The notes beneath the pieces are model-generated. The model was not told the origin of the DNA. It ran no database searches and saw nothing but the letters and a program-made list of their open reading frames with translations. Of a DNA stretch of 64,000 nt, positions 20,699 through 31,551 are shown in pieces; positions within the stretch are counted from its first letter, which is position 1, and each line of letters begins with the position of its first letter. Made by a program: the position numbers and the translations under genes. This DNA is from an uncultured delta proteobacterium. GTDB taxonomy: Bacteria; Desulfobacterota; Binatia; UBA9968. Location of the stretch: assembly GCA_963737905.1 (NCBI GenBank), contig CAVTUQ010000021.1, forward strand, positions 1 to 64,000, read 5' to 3'.

Positions 20699-22169
20699 CT
20701 AGTACTACTGTGTCATTAACGTTGATTCACTATATTGCAGCACGGGCATCGATCCAGTTTTCTGATAATGTTGCAAGCGAGCACGAAGCGCAGGGTGGCG
20801 ATGGAATCGGGAACGTGGCGTTGCGCGCGCTGGGCTACCGCGTGGGATGTAATCTTGGGGTAGGGAAGATATTTTTGATCGAGTGGAATTTTTTTTAGAG
20901 CCATCATGTTTAAGACGCTCCGCCAACAAGAAACCGTAGGCTGCAATGCACAAGGTAGCGTGATGATGAAAGCCACGCCAACCCCGTCCCTCGTAGTGGC
21001 TCAGGCCGAATTCCTGTTTAAGCTCCTGATAGTCCCGTTCAATGCGCCAACGCATCTTGGCAGTCTTGACCAAATCTACCAGCGCAGTATCAGCGGGCAA
21101 CGTCGACAGCCAATACTTGATCGGTTCTGCCTGATCTTGTGGCCATTCGATCAACAACCATTCCTGCTGACGTGGAGAGCGAAGCCCCTCCTCATCCCGA
21201 TGCGCAGCCCGCACTCGCGCCGCGGCAAAGCGCGACGACAATTTCTCGTTGGTTCCTTCGCGCCAGACCACCGTGTGCCATCGGCGTTCGGTCAACGTTT
21301 CGGCCAACTCCTTCACGCTAAGCGGTGTAGCGCCCGCCACACGCTGCCAGCGTGTCCGAGGACGCCCGATTTTGTTCTTGCGCTTGGGGGCCACCGGCCC
21401 CGTGCCTGCCGCCCATACCGTAGTGACCGATTGTACCCCTACACAATACTCCAACTCCATATCGCTCAGCCCTTCACGCCACGCCGTTTCGTTGCCATAC
21501 CCTGCATCCGCCAGCACAATGCCGATGCCAACCCCCGCAGCCTTGGCCGCTCGGATCTGCTCGAGCGCAATTTGGGGCTTAGTCAGAAACTTCACCCCGG
21601 TTGGAACTCCCGACTTTTTGCGCCGCCGCCGATCCTTAGCCCACACCTCCGGCAAGTACAGTCGCCAGTCAATCGGCACGCTGCCATGCTCGCTTGCCAA
21701 CGACAGACTCACCGCTACCTGACAATTGTCCTGTTTGCCCAGTTGCCCGCAGTACTGGCGCGTTACTCCTACCGAGTGCTTGCCTTTCTTCGGAAATCCG
21801 GTATCGTCCACGATCCAATAAAACTTACTCTTGCGCCCAAGCTGGGGCATCACCCACTCGCGCACACACGCCAAAACCTCCCTGTCCGACCACTCCGACT
21901 GCGCCACCAAATGATGCAGCGATTGATGTTTCGCGCTCACATGCAATGGGTCGGTATGGGCTGCCAGGGGTTCCACGCTCTTGCGTTCGATGGGCAGCAT
22001 CAACCCTCGGCTGTAATCGGCAAACCCGGCGTGGCGGTCCCGGTGACCCAACGCTTGGCTAAGCTCATTAATGTAGCGTTCGAATTCAGAAAGCTTCGGC
22101 ATGGATATTCACCTCCTACGCGAAATTTCCATGCATAATATCATGATTTTATTGACACAGTAGTACTAG
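20699..22169 (-). mobile_element. IS701-family insertion sequence, including flanking CTAG target duplication
   Basis: Perfect 17-bp inverted ends CTAGTACTACTGTGTCA (20699-20715) and TGACACAGTAGTACTAG (22153-22169) around one transposase. Confidence 0.92.
20705..22102 (-). CDS. IS701-family DDE transposase
   Basis: ERKSVEPLA, VDDTGFPKKGKHSVGVTRQYCGQLGKQDNCQ, ADAGYG, RWRIERDYQELK; AGGAGGT RBS. Confidence 0.95.
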   Translation of the reverse strand: MPKLSEFERYINELSQALGHRDRHAGFADYSRGLMLPIERKSVEPLAAHTDPLHVSAKHQSLHHLVAQSEWSDREVLACVREWVMPQLGRKSKFYWIVDDTGFPKKGKHSVGVTRQYCGQLGKQDNCQVAVSLSLASEHGSVPIDWRLYLPEVWAKDRRRRKKSGVPTGVKFLTKPQIALEQIRAAKAAGVGIGIVLADAGYGNETAWREGLSDMELEYCVGVQSVTTVWAAGTGPVAPKRKNKIGRPRTRWQRVAGATPLSVKELAETLTERRWHTVVWREGTNEKLSSRFAAARVRAAHRDEEGLRSPRQQEWLLIEWPQDQAEPIKYWLSTLPADTALVDLVKTAKMRWRIERDYQELKQEFGLSHYEGRGWRGFHHHATLCIAAYGFLLAERLKHDGSKKNSTRSKISSLPQDYIPRGSPARATPRSRFHRHPALRARLQHYQKTGSMPVLQYSESTLMTQ

Positions 22170-22170
22170 A

Positions 22171-22965
22171 CTAGTACTTCGCAGGAATGAACCGCCTACC
22201 CTTGAGCGTCGCCTGGTCGTCGTAGGCGTCTTTCTGCGACCGCTTGGGGAGCTTCACCTTCTTGCGCTTCACTTCCTTGTAGGGGATCAGGCTGAGCAGG
22301 TGACGGATGCAGTTGAGTCGCGCGCGCCGTTTGTCGTCCGAGGGAACGATGTACCAAGGGGCAAACTTCGTGTCCGTGGCCTCGAGCATCATGTCGCGGG
22401 CCCGCGAGTACTCGAACCATCGGCTCCGCGAGCAGAGGTCTGTGGGGCTCAGCTTCCACTGCCGGACCGGGTCCGTGATGCGCGCTTCGAAGCGGCGCTT
22501 CTGCTCGGGCTCGCTCACCTCGAGCCAATATTTGATCAGCTTGATGCCGTCGTCGACGATGTACAGCTCGAACTCGGGGCAGACCTTGAGGAAGCGCCGG
22601 TGCTGCGCTTTCGAGCAGAAGCCCAACACGTATTCGACGCCCGCACGGTTGTACCAGCTCCGGTCGAAGATCACGATCTCGCCGGCGGCCGGCGCGTGCT
22701 GGAGAAAGCGTTGCATATAGAGCTGGGTCTTCTCGCGGTCGGACGGCGCCGGCAGCGCGACGACGCGGAACACGCGATGGCTGACGCGCTCGGTGATCGC
22801 CTTGATCACGCCGCCCTTGCCGGCGGCGTCACGCCCTTCGAAGACCACGATTATCCGCGCACCCTCTTCCTTGACCCAATCCTGCAGCGCGCACAGCTCG
22901 ACTTGCAGCTCGCGCAGCGCCTTCTCGTACTCTTTACGTTTCAAGCGTCCATTGGTAGTTGCCAT
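22171..22965 (-). CDS. ppk2: Polyphosphate kinase 2
   Basis: FEGRDAAGKGG, FDRSWYNRAGVE, WKLSPTD, DDKRRARLNCI motifs. Confidence 0.95.
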   Translation of the reverse strand: MATTNGRLKRKEYEKALRELQVELCALQDWVKEEGARIIVVFEGRDAAGKGGVIKAITERVSHRVFRVVALPAPSDREKTQLYMQRFLQHAPAAGEIVIFDRSWYNRAGVEYVLGFCSKAQHRRFLKVCPEFELYIVDDGIKLIKYWLEVSEPEQKRRFEARITDPVRQWKLSPTDLCSRSRWFEYSRARDMMLEATDTKFAPWYIVPSDDKRRARLNCIRHLLSLIPYKEVKRKKVKLPKRSQKDAYDDQATLKGRRFIPAKY

Positions 22966-22995
22966 TGATTTCCTTTCTGAGACTGTGTCGCAAAG

Positions 22996-23113
22996 CCGTT
23001 CATGCGTTCGAGAACCTCACCACGAACGGGATTTCTTAATCGCAAGCTCAAACGCTCACCCGTTCGCCACTTCGATAAACTCAGTGCAGGCTTCTGAGCG
23101 TGTCGAAGGGCTC
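22996..23113. repeat. REP-like doublet with nested unit
   Basis: CCGTTCATGCGTTCGAGAACCTCACCACGAACGG and CCGTTCG[CCACTTCGATAAACTCAGTGCAGGC]TTCTGAGCGTGTCGAAGGG. Confidence 0.6.
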
Positions 23114-23136
23114 CGAACGAGATTGCGACAAATATC

Positions 23137-25893
23137 TCATGCCCCCGCTTCCACCGCGGTTACGGCACTCCGCAAGGAGGCCGACGAACGGATAATCATT
23201 TTCTCCGCCTCCACGACCAGGAAGAAAATCAAGCCGCCCAGGAAGAGGCGTGGCCAAACCCAGAGCGGGATCGCTTCGTTGTCGAACAAAACCTGTAGCG
23301 GCGGCGCATAGGTGAAGAGGAGCTGCAGGATGATGACCGCGCCAATGCCGAGGGGCAGATATTTGTTGCCGAGATGCGCCTTGAAGGACAGCGACGAGTC
23401 CAGCAGGTAGCGGCTGTTCAAGAGGTAAAACACCTGACCGATCGTGATCATGTTGACCGCGACCGTCCGCGCGAGCTGGTCCGATGCGTTCTGCGACTTC
23501 ATCCAGAAAAATGCCCACAACGTCACTGCCAGCAGCGCCAGGCCGACGAAGATGACGCGCCAGATCCCGAACCCGGTCAGGATCGGGCGGTCCACCGCCC
23601 GCGGCGGCCGGGTCATCACGTCGAGCTCGTGCGGTTCGAAGCAAAGCACCAGACCAAGCGCCACCGAGGTCACCATGTTGACCCACAGCACCTGTGGCGC
23701 GGTGATCGGCAAGGTGAAGCCGAGGAAGATCGCCACCGCGATGACCAGCGCCTGGGCGACGTTGGTCGGAAACAGGAACAGGATCGCCTTCTCGATGTTG
23801 TTGTAGACCGTGCGCCCTTCCTTCACCGCCGCGCCGATCGAGGCGAAGTTGTCGTCGGCGAGGATCATCCCGGCCGCCTCCTTGGTTACCTCGGTACCCT
23901 TGATCCCCATCGCCACGCCGATGTCGGCTTTCTTCAGCGACGGCGCGTCGTTCACGCCGTCGCCGGTCATCGCGCACGATCTGCTGGTTCGCCTGGATCG
24001 CCTTTACAAGACGGAGCTTGTGCTCGGGGCTGGCGCGCGCGAACACGTCCACGTCGCGTACCGTTTCCTGCAGCGCCGCCTCGTTCATCTCCTCGATCTC
24101 GGCGCCGGCGACCGCGGTCTTGCCGTCGCCGATGCCGAGCATCTTGGCGATCGCCGCGGCGGTGATCTTGTGGTCGCCAGTGATCATCGTGACGCGGATG
24201 CCGCCGCCGTGGCATTCCTTCACCGCCTCGATCGCTTCCTTACGCGGCGGATCGAGCAGGCCGATCAAGCCGAGGAGGACGAGGTTTTTCGGCAGGTCGG
24301 TCGGGCCGAGGCTGCCCGCTTTGACACCCGGGACTCTCGAGCCACGCGAGCCCGAGCACACGCTCGCCCTGACCGGCGAGCTTGTCCGAGACCTTCGCGA
24401 ATCGCTCGCGGTCGAGCGGTGCGGCCTTGCCGTCTCGGGTCTGCTGCCGGTCGCAATTCTCGAGGATGACCTCGGGCGCGCCTTTGACTAATAGTATCTC
24501 CTTGCCGTCGGCGTTCTTGTGGAGCGTCGCCATGAACTTGTGCTCCGACTCGAACGGGATGGCGTCGATTCGGGGATACGCCTTCTGCTCGGCTTGCCTG
24601 TCCATCCCGAGCTTGGTCGCGAACGGATAAAGCGCTCCCTCCGTCGGATCGCCCTCGACCTTCCATACCCCTTCCTGCTGAAATAGCTCGGCGTCGTTGC
24701 AGAGCATCGACACGCGGCCCAGCAGCCCGAGCACCGGGTCGCTCTTGTCCGCCGGCTTCCCGTCCTGCTTGACCTCGCCCTCGGGTGCGTAGCCGTTGCC
24801 GGTGACCTGGTACTCCGATTCGGCGGTGGCAGCCGAGACGACCATCATCTCCATCAAAGTCAAGGTGCCGGTCTTGTCCGAGCAGATCCGCGACACCGAG
24901 CCAAGGGTTTCTACGGCAGGGAGGCGCCGGATAATCGCGTTGCGCTGCGCCATACGCTGGACGCCGATCGCCAAAGTGATCGTGATCAGCGCGGGCAGGC
25001 CTTCCGGAATCAGCGACACCGCGATGCCGACGATCGCCTGGAACAACTCCACGAACTCCATGCCCATCACCCAGCGGCCGTAGGCGAACACCAGAACCCC
25101 CACGACGCCGACGGCGGCGGTGATCAGGTAGCCGAGCTTCTTGATCTGCCGCAGTAGCGGCGTCTCGAGCGCGCTGACGCTGGCGAGCAGCTGGTTGATA
25201 CGGCCGAGCTCAGTCTCGCTCCCGGTGGCGACCACCACCCCGGTCGCGCGGCCCGACACGACCATGGTCCCGGAAAAGGCCATGCTGTCGCGGTCGCCGA
25301 CGGTGGACTTCTCGGCGACCGGATCGGTGGTCTTCTCGGCCGGGACCGACTCGCCGGTGAGCGCCGCCTCCTCGGTGCGCAGGTTCTTTGCGTCGGCGAG
25401 GCGGAGATCGGCCGGCACCTTGTCGCCGGATTCGAGCAGCACGACGTCCCCCGGCACCAGCTCTTCAGCCGGGATCATGCGCGTCTCGCCGCCGCGCGTC
25501 GTCCTGGCCTCGGCAGAGAGCATGTTGCGAATCGAGTCGAGCGCCTTCTCGGCCTTGCCTTCCTGGATGAAGCCGAGCAGCGCGTTGAGAAGCACGACAC
25601 CGAAGATGATCCCCGCATCGAGCCACAGGCCGAGCATCAGCTTCACGAAGCCGGCGCCGAGGAGCACGTAGACGAGGATATTGTTGAGCTGGGCAAGGAA
25701 GCGCATGAACGGCCCGCGCTTCTTGCCCTCAGGCAGCCGGTTAGGACCGTACTTTTGCAGTCGGGTCGAAGCTTCACTTGCGTCGAGACCTTTCTCGGTG
25801 CTGGTCGTGAGCCGCTTTACCACCTCGTCGACGGTGATGGCGTGCCAGGACGTGGCGCCGGCTGCTGGTCTTGGCGTTCACTGCTGCGTCCAT
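23137..25893 (-). CDS. Cation-transporting P-type ATPase (type II); frameshifts near 25870, 24335 and 23975
   Basis: LTGES, PEGL, CSDKTGT, KGAPE, DPPR, MITGDH and TGDGVND motifs spread over three ORFs; AAGGGGAG RBS before ATG 25893. Confidence 0.9.
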
Positions 25894-26118
25894 CTAATAC
25901 TCCCCTTCTGATTCGATCCGCCTTTACGGCGGATGGCGGTTACGAAATTCGACTATGCCAAGGAAGAAGTACGGCGCGACTACGGCATCAGTTCAGCACC
26001 TGTCCTTCGGGCTCAAGGCCCTGTATTCTTAATCACGTGGGCGGCTTTATGGTCAACCCTAGTATTACTGATTTTGGCCATCGCTTTACCTTAGCGTCCT
26101 TAAGGAGATTAGAAACAC

Positions 26119-26158
26119 GAATCTGGTTATTCCCGATAGCGGATTTGTCGATTCCTAG
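26119..26158. promoter_or_regulatory. Degenerate copy of the shared upstream motif (P-type ATPase / TPR lipoprotein divergon)
   Basis: ATCTGG-N5-CCCGAT-N15-TCCTAG; similar spacing to 29096, 32051 and 33961. Confidence 0.35.
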
Positions 26159-26259
26159 ATAGAAAAAAGTTTGGCTTATTGCGGCTGAGTTCAATGCTTC
26201 GGGGCTCTGAATGGCCCAAAGAACGGTACCAGGAAGACCGACTGCGGGAAGAGGGGATT

Positions 26260-26898
26260 ATGAAGGTCGCCACTTACTCGGTTTTATTGGGCCTATGCAC
26301 TTTTCTTTTTGGGTGCACCACCACGGTGCAAGTTGGAAGCGCCTTTCAGGCAGGCCGGCGCGCGCTGCTTGGGGGAGACGATGAAGCGGCCCTCGGCTTT
26401 TTTCAGACCGTCGCTGAGAGCAACCCTAACTTCGTGTTCATGACCGGCAGTTCTCCGAGACAAAGCATCTGGAGCTATGTCGGCCGCGCCCAGTATCTGA
26501 CGGGACAATTTCCACAAGCCCGGCAAAGCTTGGAACGGGCGCTGGCCGGCGATCGAGAGGAGAATATCGCCAGGCTCTATCTAGGTTTGACCTTCATCCA
26601 GGAAGGCGATCGACAGCGCGGCTTAAAAGAAATCGAAAGCGGGATGCGCGGGATCCAGAGTTTTCTCGATAACATTAACCGAACCCAGGGATTTAGTATC
26701 GGTCAGTTCTGGGATCCGAATCGAGATATTCGCAGCGCCATTCAATATAATCTGGGACTGATCGCCAATGAAAGTCCAAACTGGCCACGGCTCATTGCAA
26801 ACACCGAGCGGCTAGCGCTCCAGATGGAGCGGGAAACCGATCTAGCCCGGCGCCAGGAATCTCGAGAACGGAGGTCCATGGATAGAGGACGACCTTAG
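26260..26898 (+). CDS. TPR-repeat lipoprotein
   Basis: GAGGGG RBS; lipobox LFGC; TPR-like YVGRAQY..G....A and ARLYLGL helices. Confidence 0.7.
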   Translation: MKVATYSVLLGLCTFLFGCTTTVQVGSAFQAGRRALLGGDDEAALGFFQTVAESNPNFVFMTGSSPRQSIWSYVGRAQYLTGQFPQARQSLERALAGDREENIARLYLGLTFIQEGDRQRGLKEIESGMRGIQSFLDNINRTQGFSIGQFWDPNRDIRSAIQYNLGLIANESPNWPRLIANTERLALQMERETDLARRQESRERRSMDRGRP

Positions 26899-27077
26899 GT
26901 GGGAAATCGATATGTCTTCGCCGTGCGGCTTGCGTTTGGTGGCGAGGGTGAAACGGCGAGTGGCAATCAGGATGCGAGATCAAGAGGGTTCATACTTGTT
27001 CTTATCTCGAGAAACCTTAGTCACATCGGTGCCTTCCTATCGGACATCCAGGCTCTCGAAACTGGTTCCCCTAAGGA

Positions 27078-27542
27078 TTATTTGCTCTGCGGAATAATCT
27101 GGGTGAACCCTGCGATGGAAACAGACGGCCTTTCGAATCTGCCATCCATGCGTTTGGGCAACGGCGGGGAGGGCGTGAATTTAAATGGCAGCGATCCACC
27201 CGGAGCTATCTCCCCGGAGATTGTCGGGTAAGAGGCTACACTGGGGCTCTCTTTGCCCGGGTGAAACTCATTTTTCCATAGAAATGTATGGCGAATGAAG
27301 AGCTGCACATCACGGACGGTGTTCTTCGAGTTATTGCGAATTTCTCCAGTGACCGTCCCGTCGGGCTCGGCCGCTACCTTTTCGATTCCCAGAACATTCC
27401 CGGCCTGTTGTTGTGAAAAGACGGTCTGCGAAAATGACGGCTTCGACCAGAAGCTGGTGATGAAACCTGACAAAAGAAAAGTCAGCACCATCAGTCCTCG
27501 AATCGGTTTTGATAAAAATGGGATCATAGATAACCTCCTCAT
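27078..27542 (-). CDS. Exported hypothetical protein (FxLYD-like beta domain)
   Basis: Signal/TM segment; VTGEIRNNS..VRDVQL and IAPGGSLPF. Confidence 0.55.
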   Translation of the reverse strand: MRRLSMIPFLSKPIRGLMVLTFLLSGFITSFWSKPSFSQTVFSQQQAGNVLGIEKVAAEPDGTVTGEIRNNSKNTVRDVQLFIRHTFLWKNEFHPGKESPSVASYPTISGEIAPGGSLPFKFTPSPPLPKRMDGRFERPSVSIAGFTQIIPQSK

Positions 27543-27559
27543 TTGGTGTCTCTGGAAGA

Positions 27560-27898
27560 TTAGCTACCGGGCTTGGTTTCGCTTTGATCCTTGGATGCTC
27601 CCCCGAGCTTCTGTTCACGGATCTCCTTTTTGTCCTGGACGATTGCTTTCTGTCCTTCTGTAACTTGGTTTTTCCGTTTCTCGATTTCCTCCTCGCTCGC
27701 TCCCGACTTTACCGCGTCTCTCAGCTCTCCTCTTTTTTGTTGCTGTTCTTTGCGGCTTTCAATCAGCCGCTCCTTGTCGGTCTGGGCATCGGTTTTCTGC
27801 GGTGCCGTCCCTTTATCACACGACGAGGCACCGAATGCGCCTAGCGACAGCGATACAATGATAACAAACAAAAACCTTCTTGCTCGACTTACAACCAT
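27560..27898 (-). CDS. Small charged coiled-coil probable lipoprotein
   Basis: GGAGG RBS; hydrophobic N-terminus ending ASSC; K/E/Q-rich body. Confidence 0.6.
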   Translation of the reverse strand: MVVSRARRFLFVIIVSLSLGAFGASSCDKGTAPQKTDAQTDKERLIESRKEQQQKRGELRDAVKSGASEEEIEKRKNQVTEGQKAIVQDKKEIREQKLGGASKDQSETKPGS

Positions 27899-27958
27899 CT
27901 TTTACCTCCGTCTTATGTGTTCATTTAGATCGTTAGCGTCGAAAATCCCGAAACAAAA

Positions 27959-28024
27959 CGAGGGGTCGAGGGTCGGGTGTCGAGGGGAAAATCCCTCGTT
28001 CCTCGACACTCATCACTCGACACT
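27959..28024. repeat. Inverted ~7-mer tandem array (GTCGAGG / CCTCGAC)
   Basis: Direct reading; the core GTCGAGGGGAAAA recurs at 33319. Confidence 0.6.
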
Positions 28025-28028
28025 GGCC

Positions 28029-28944
28029 TCACTCGGCCCGGACAACCAGAACCGGATCGCCCGAGTGACGCACGACCTTTTCGGTTACACTTCCCAGCAC
28101 CCAGCGCTCCACCCCGGAGCGTCCGTGGGTACACATGGCGATCAAATTGTCCGGGGTGCTGCGCGCCAGGTCGATGATCTCGTCCGCTCCGGAGCCCACC
28201 AACAAAATGGAGGAGACCTTCTCGACACCGTTTTGATGCAACTCGTTGACCTTCGCCTCCAGGTAAGCGCCGGCTTCTTCTCTGACCAGGTTCAGGAGTG
28301 CGTCACTGTTCGGGATGTAGGGACTTTCTGCCCCGGCGTACGAGGCTGACAATGGAATCTGATACGCGCGGGTGAGAACGATCGCGAGACTCAGTTTCTT
28401 AGCCAAGTCCATAGCAGGCGGCAGAACGGTCTCGGCTCGTTTGGAGCCGTCTAACGGCACTACAATGCTCTTCAAGGTTGCTTTGCCATCACTTTTTCCC
28501 TCTTCATTCCCGCGCACAAGCAAAAGTGGATTGGTGGCCCCGCGCAGCACCTTCTCGGCGACACTGCCCATCAGCCACCGATGGATCCCCGAGCGCCCGC
28601 GGGTGGCCATGCCGATCAGCGTCTCTTTGTCCCGGGCGGCTTTGTCGATGATGACCTCTTCCGGTTGTCCCTGTTCCACGAACGCAGGTATCGACAGTAC
28701 TTCCCGGTGAAAGAGCGCGCGACGCTCTCGAGGTACCGCCTGCCCTCTCGCATAGCCGCTTCAACAATCGCGTCAAGGTCGAACGCACATGACCCGCATG
28801 ACTCGTCCTCGCGGAATCCATCGAATCCACGACACTCAATAGCTCGATACGTAGATCCAGCGCTCCAGCCAAGGTGCGGGCGTAGGGCAGCACATTCTCG
28901 GCCAGCTTGGAACCGTCCAACGGTATCAGCATTCGTGTATACAT
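28029..28944 (-). CDS. Tandem-domain universal stress protein (frameshifts at about 28680-28790)
   Basis: Two PLDGSKxAE motifs and two TxGRSG..RW..GSV.EKV motifs. Confidence 0.85.
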
Positions 28945-29095
28945 GGTTTCTCCTCCATCGGGCCTGCAAAAGGCCGACCCTAGCATATCTCTATGCTGGC
29001 TTGCAAGCAGAGCGGGACGCGGCTAAGCATAGCGACGCTTTGGATCATGTTTTTTTGTTTATTCAAACAAATTAGTAGACTGGAACGCCAGTTTG

Positions 29096-29136
29096 CTATA
29101 AGGAATATCCTGATTTTGCGATCTAAGATCCCTTAG
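29096..29136. promoter_or_regulatory. Conserved 41-bp motif upstream of the USP gene (candidate LuxR/NarL-type site)
   Basis: CTATAAGG-AATAT-CCTGATT-N14-CCCTTAG. Confidence 0.6.
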
Positions 29137-29164
29137 AATAATCGACGGTCGGGTCCTCGACGAA

Positions 29165-30410
29165 TCAACTTGTTGTAATTGGCTTGCGATCGAACATGCG
29201 ACGCGACTCGAAGACGATGGGCGCGAATCGCCGCCCGTTCTTTACCAGGCTGCGCTTGAGTACAAAATCGAACAGCAGCGGATTATAACGTCTGATCTCG
29301 GATATCACCGTGGCTTGTGAGCTCGTCAAATAACTCTGTTCCACGAACAGCCGAATGGAGAAGAGCGGAAAAACTCCTGGAAGCGGATAGTCTGACCCGT
29401 TGATCAGCCGCCCTTGCCAGTCGCTCCGGGCCATAAGAATCTCCAGAGGCCGGCCGACACGGTTCGCTTGAGTGACAGCCGAAATGTCGCCGTACAATCG
29501 CCCTTCGTATCGAGGCTCATCCATCAAACGCGAGAATAAACCAAAGGCATCCGTTTGCGGTCCGTTGGATCCGCGATCGATATCGGCGTTTTCACCGAGC
29601 GACGCGCAGTGCGCGACGATAACGCGCACGCCGTGATCTAACGGGCGGCGCAATCGCAACGGATTGTTGAACTCTTCCATTTTTGCGCCCTGCACCGCCT
29701 TCTCTTCACCGCTATGCGCCAGCAGTGGCAGATTCAAGCGCACGAGCGCCTCGTAAAAACCATCGTATTTTACCGACGCCGGGTCTATTCCCATAGCCGA
29801 CGGCAACCACTTCACCGCGCGGGCGCCCCGCTTGGCCGCCCAATCGAGCGCCTCCACCGCGTCGGAACGGGCCGGATGAACCGAGCATATCCATTCGCAC
29901 CGATCGGGGAAACGTCGCGCGAGCTCAGCAGCGTAGCGATCGGGGACGAAAAACGCGCTTGATTCCTCGCGCTTGATGCCGGCGTCGTCGTAGTGAAAGT
30001 CAAAGGCGAGTAACATGACCTTGAAGCCCGCGGGGGAATGCATCCAGGTATTCGATAAGACGCCGGACGGCATCTTCATCCACCCTTCCTTCTCTCAGCG
30101 TGCATGCGGCGTTAAGATAAAACCGGCGTTGGAGGCTTTGCCACGGATGGAAGGGGCTGCTCATCTGCGGTGTAATCCAAATACCCGTGTTTCCATCACC
30201 CACACCGACAATATGGGCGTGGCAATCCCACGACTGCAACGGATCAACTCCGTCCCATGCCGCGAGCACGACTTCGTGATTCCGCAAACGTTCGGGCAAC
30301 GGCCCCGCAAGACAAGGGTTAAATATCCCGTCTTCCAGCGAGAACCCGCAACCGGCGGCAACCCCAAGCGCACCGACCCCCAGCGCGTAGAGGAAATTAC
30401 GGCGATTCAT
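29165..30410 (-). CDS. Amidohydrolase_2 family metallohydrolase, predicted Tat lipoprotein (frameshift near 30030)
   Basis: NRRNFL plus AAGC; DCHAH, SVHP, LAHSGEE, VAHCAS, NGSDYP motifs. Confidence 0.8.
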
Positions 30411-30623
30411 GATTGTCGCGGTGTCAGGACATCTCGTCACGGCGAGCGAAATGCAGGTTCACACCCCGCTAACTGCCCATTCACAGACCACGAGGCCGAC
30501 TCGAGCTATGGTTGATTCATTAGAGAAGTATAAAAGTGGACGCGGCCCGAGAGTTTGTTAAGACCTTCGCACGGCGGGGTGGCCGAGCTCACCGGACCGT
30601 GATCGCCCGTTCTGTGATCACGG

Positions 30624-31223
30624 TCACGCTGCCTGCGGTCTCAACGGGCCTCTGCCCGCCGGTGCTTCGTCCGGAAGATTGCGGGCGCTCAAGCTAAGCA
30701 TGACAAGCGACCAGCCGTTGAGCAGCATTTCGATGCCCACGAACAGACCGATTACCCAGAGACCTGAGTAGGGCCATCGCTGCCAGATGCTAATACCCAA
30801 TATAAGAGAGATAACACCATTGAACAGCACCCAACCCCAGTGCGGAAAACGCGCAGTGATCGCCACTACGATCCGAAACAGCCCCTCGAAAACCAAGAAC
30901 ATGGCGATAAGCAAGGTCAGCAAGACGGCGGATTCACCAGGGTTGCTCACCATCATCCAGCCCACGACGACGTACAACAGACCCGTCAGTAAGTCGAGAA
31001 AAAAGCCGCCCCATCTTTTTTCTCGCCAGAAAGCATGCACGGCTTCCAGGACTCCCCCTATGATGAGAATCCAGCCGAAAAAAAATACCGAAGCGATGGT
31101 CATCACGAGCGCCGAGCCTAGAGCGATTGTGCCGAGGACGATCAGCACAATGCCTAAAATTAAGAACCATCCCCAATTCCCCCGTAGTTCGGAGGCGCCT
31201 GGCAGTTGAATAGCTTGTCGCAT
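30624..31223 (-). CDS. HdeD/DUF308 family acid-resistance membrane protein
   Basis: NWGWFLILGIVLIVLG, FGWILIIGG, WPYSGLWVIGLFVGIE motifs; AAAGGG RBS before ATG 31223. Confidence 0.88.
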   Translation of the reverse strand: MRQAIQLPGASELRGNWGWFLILGIVLIVLGTIALGSALVMTIASVFFFGWILIIGGVLEAVHAFWREKRWGGFFLDLLTGLLYVVVGWMMVSNPGESAVLLTLLIAMFLVFEGLFRIVVAITARFPHWGWVLFNGVISLILGISIWQRWPYSGLWVIGLFVGIEMLLNGWSLVMLSLSARNLPDEAPAGRGPLRPQAA

Positions 31224-31249
31224 AATATTCCCTTTCTGATTTGATGAGC

Positions 31250-31525
31250 CTATTTGCCTTGGCTCGCCGATGCGCGGCCTTGTTCGTAAGCTCGGTTCAC
31301 CGACTCGTTGTGCCTGCCCAGCAGAAAGCCTCCGGTTCCCCCGAGGCCGGCGCCGACGGCTGCGCCCATCCCGGCATTCCCTGCGGCGGCGCCAATAATG
31401 CCTCCCAAGGCGGCGCCGCCAGCGGCACCAGTTAAGGTCCTCTGTTGGGTCTGCGACATGTCCGCGCACCCCGCCAGCATGCCAAACAGGGCGATGATTC
31501 CTGATATCATGCTAATTCGCTTCAT
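31250..31525 (-). CDS. Glycine-zipper (YmgG-like) lipoprotein
   Basis: Lipobox LAGC; GAAGGAALGGIIG and GAAVGAGLGG. Confidence 0.8.
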   Translation of the reverse strand: MKRISMISGIIALFGMLAGCADMSQTQQRTLTGAAGGAALGGIIGAAAGNAGMGAAVGAGLGGTGGFLLGRHNESVNRAYEQGRASASQGK

Positions 31526-31551
31526 GCTAATCTCCTTTTTGATCCGTTCCG

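Noticed and set aside
3284-25671. Long antisense ORFs (e.g. 3284-5104, 8297-9898, 17330-18835, 20906-22138)
   Set aside because: Shadow frames of GC-rich real genes with no recognisable motifs
29081-29097. Sigma54 promoter TGGAAC...TTGC
   Set aside because: GG-to-GC spacing is 11 nt rather than the required 10
30573-30588. GGCGGGGTGGCCGAGC resembling a tRNA 5' end
   Set aside because: No anticodon arm, T-loop or acceptor complement follows
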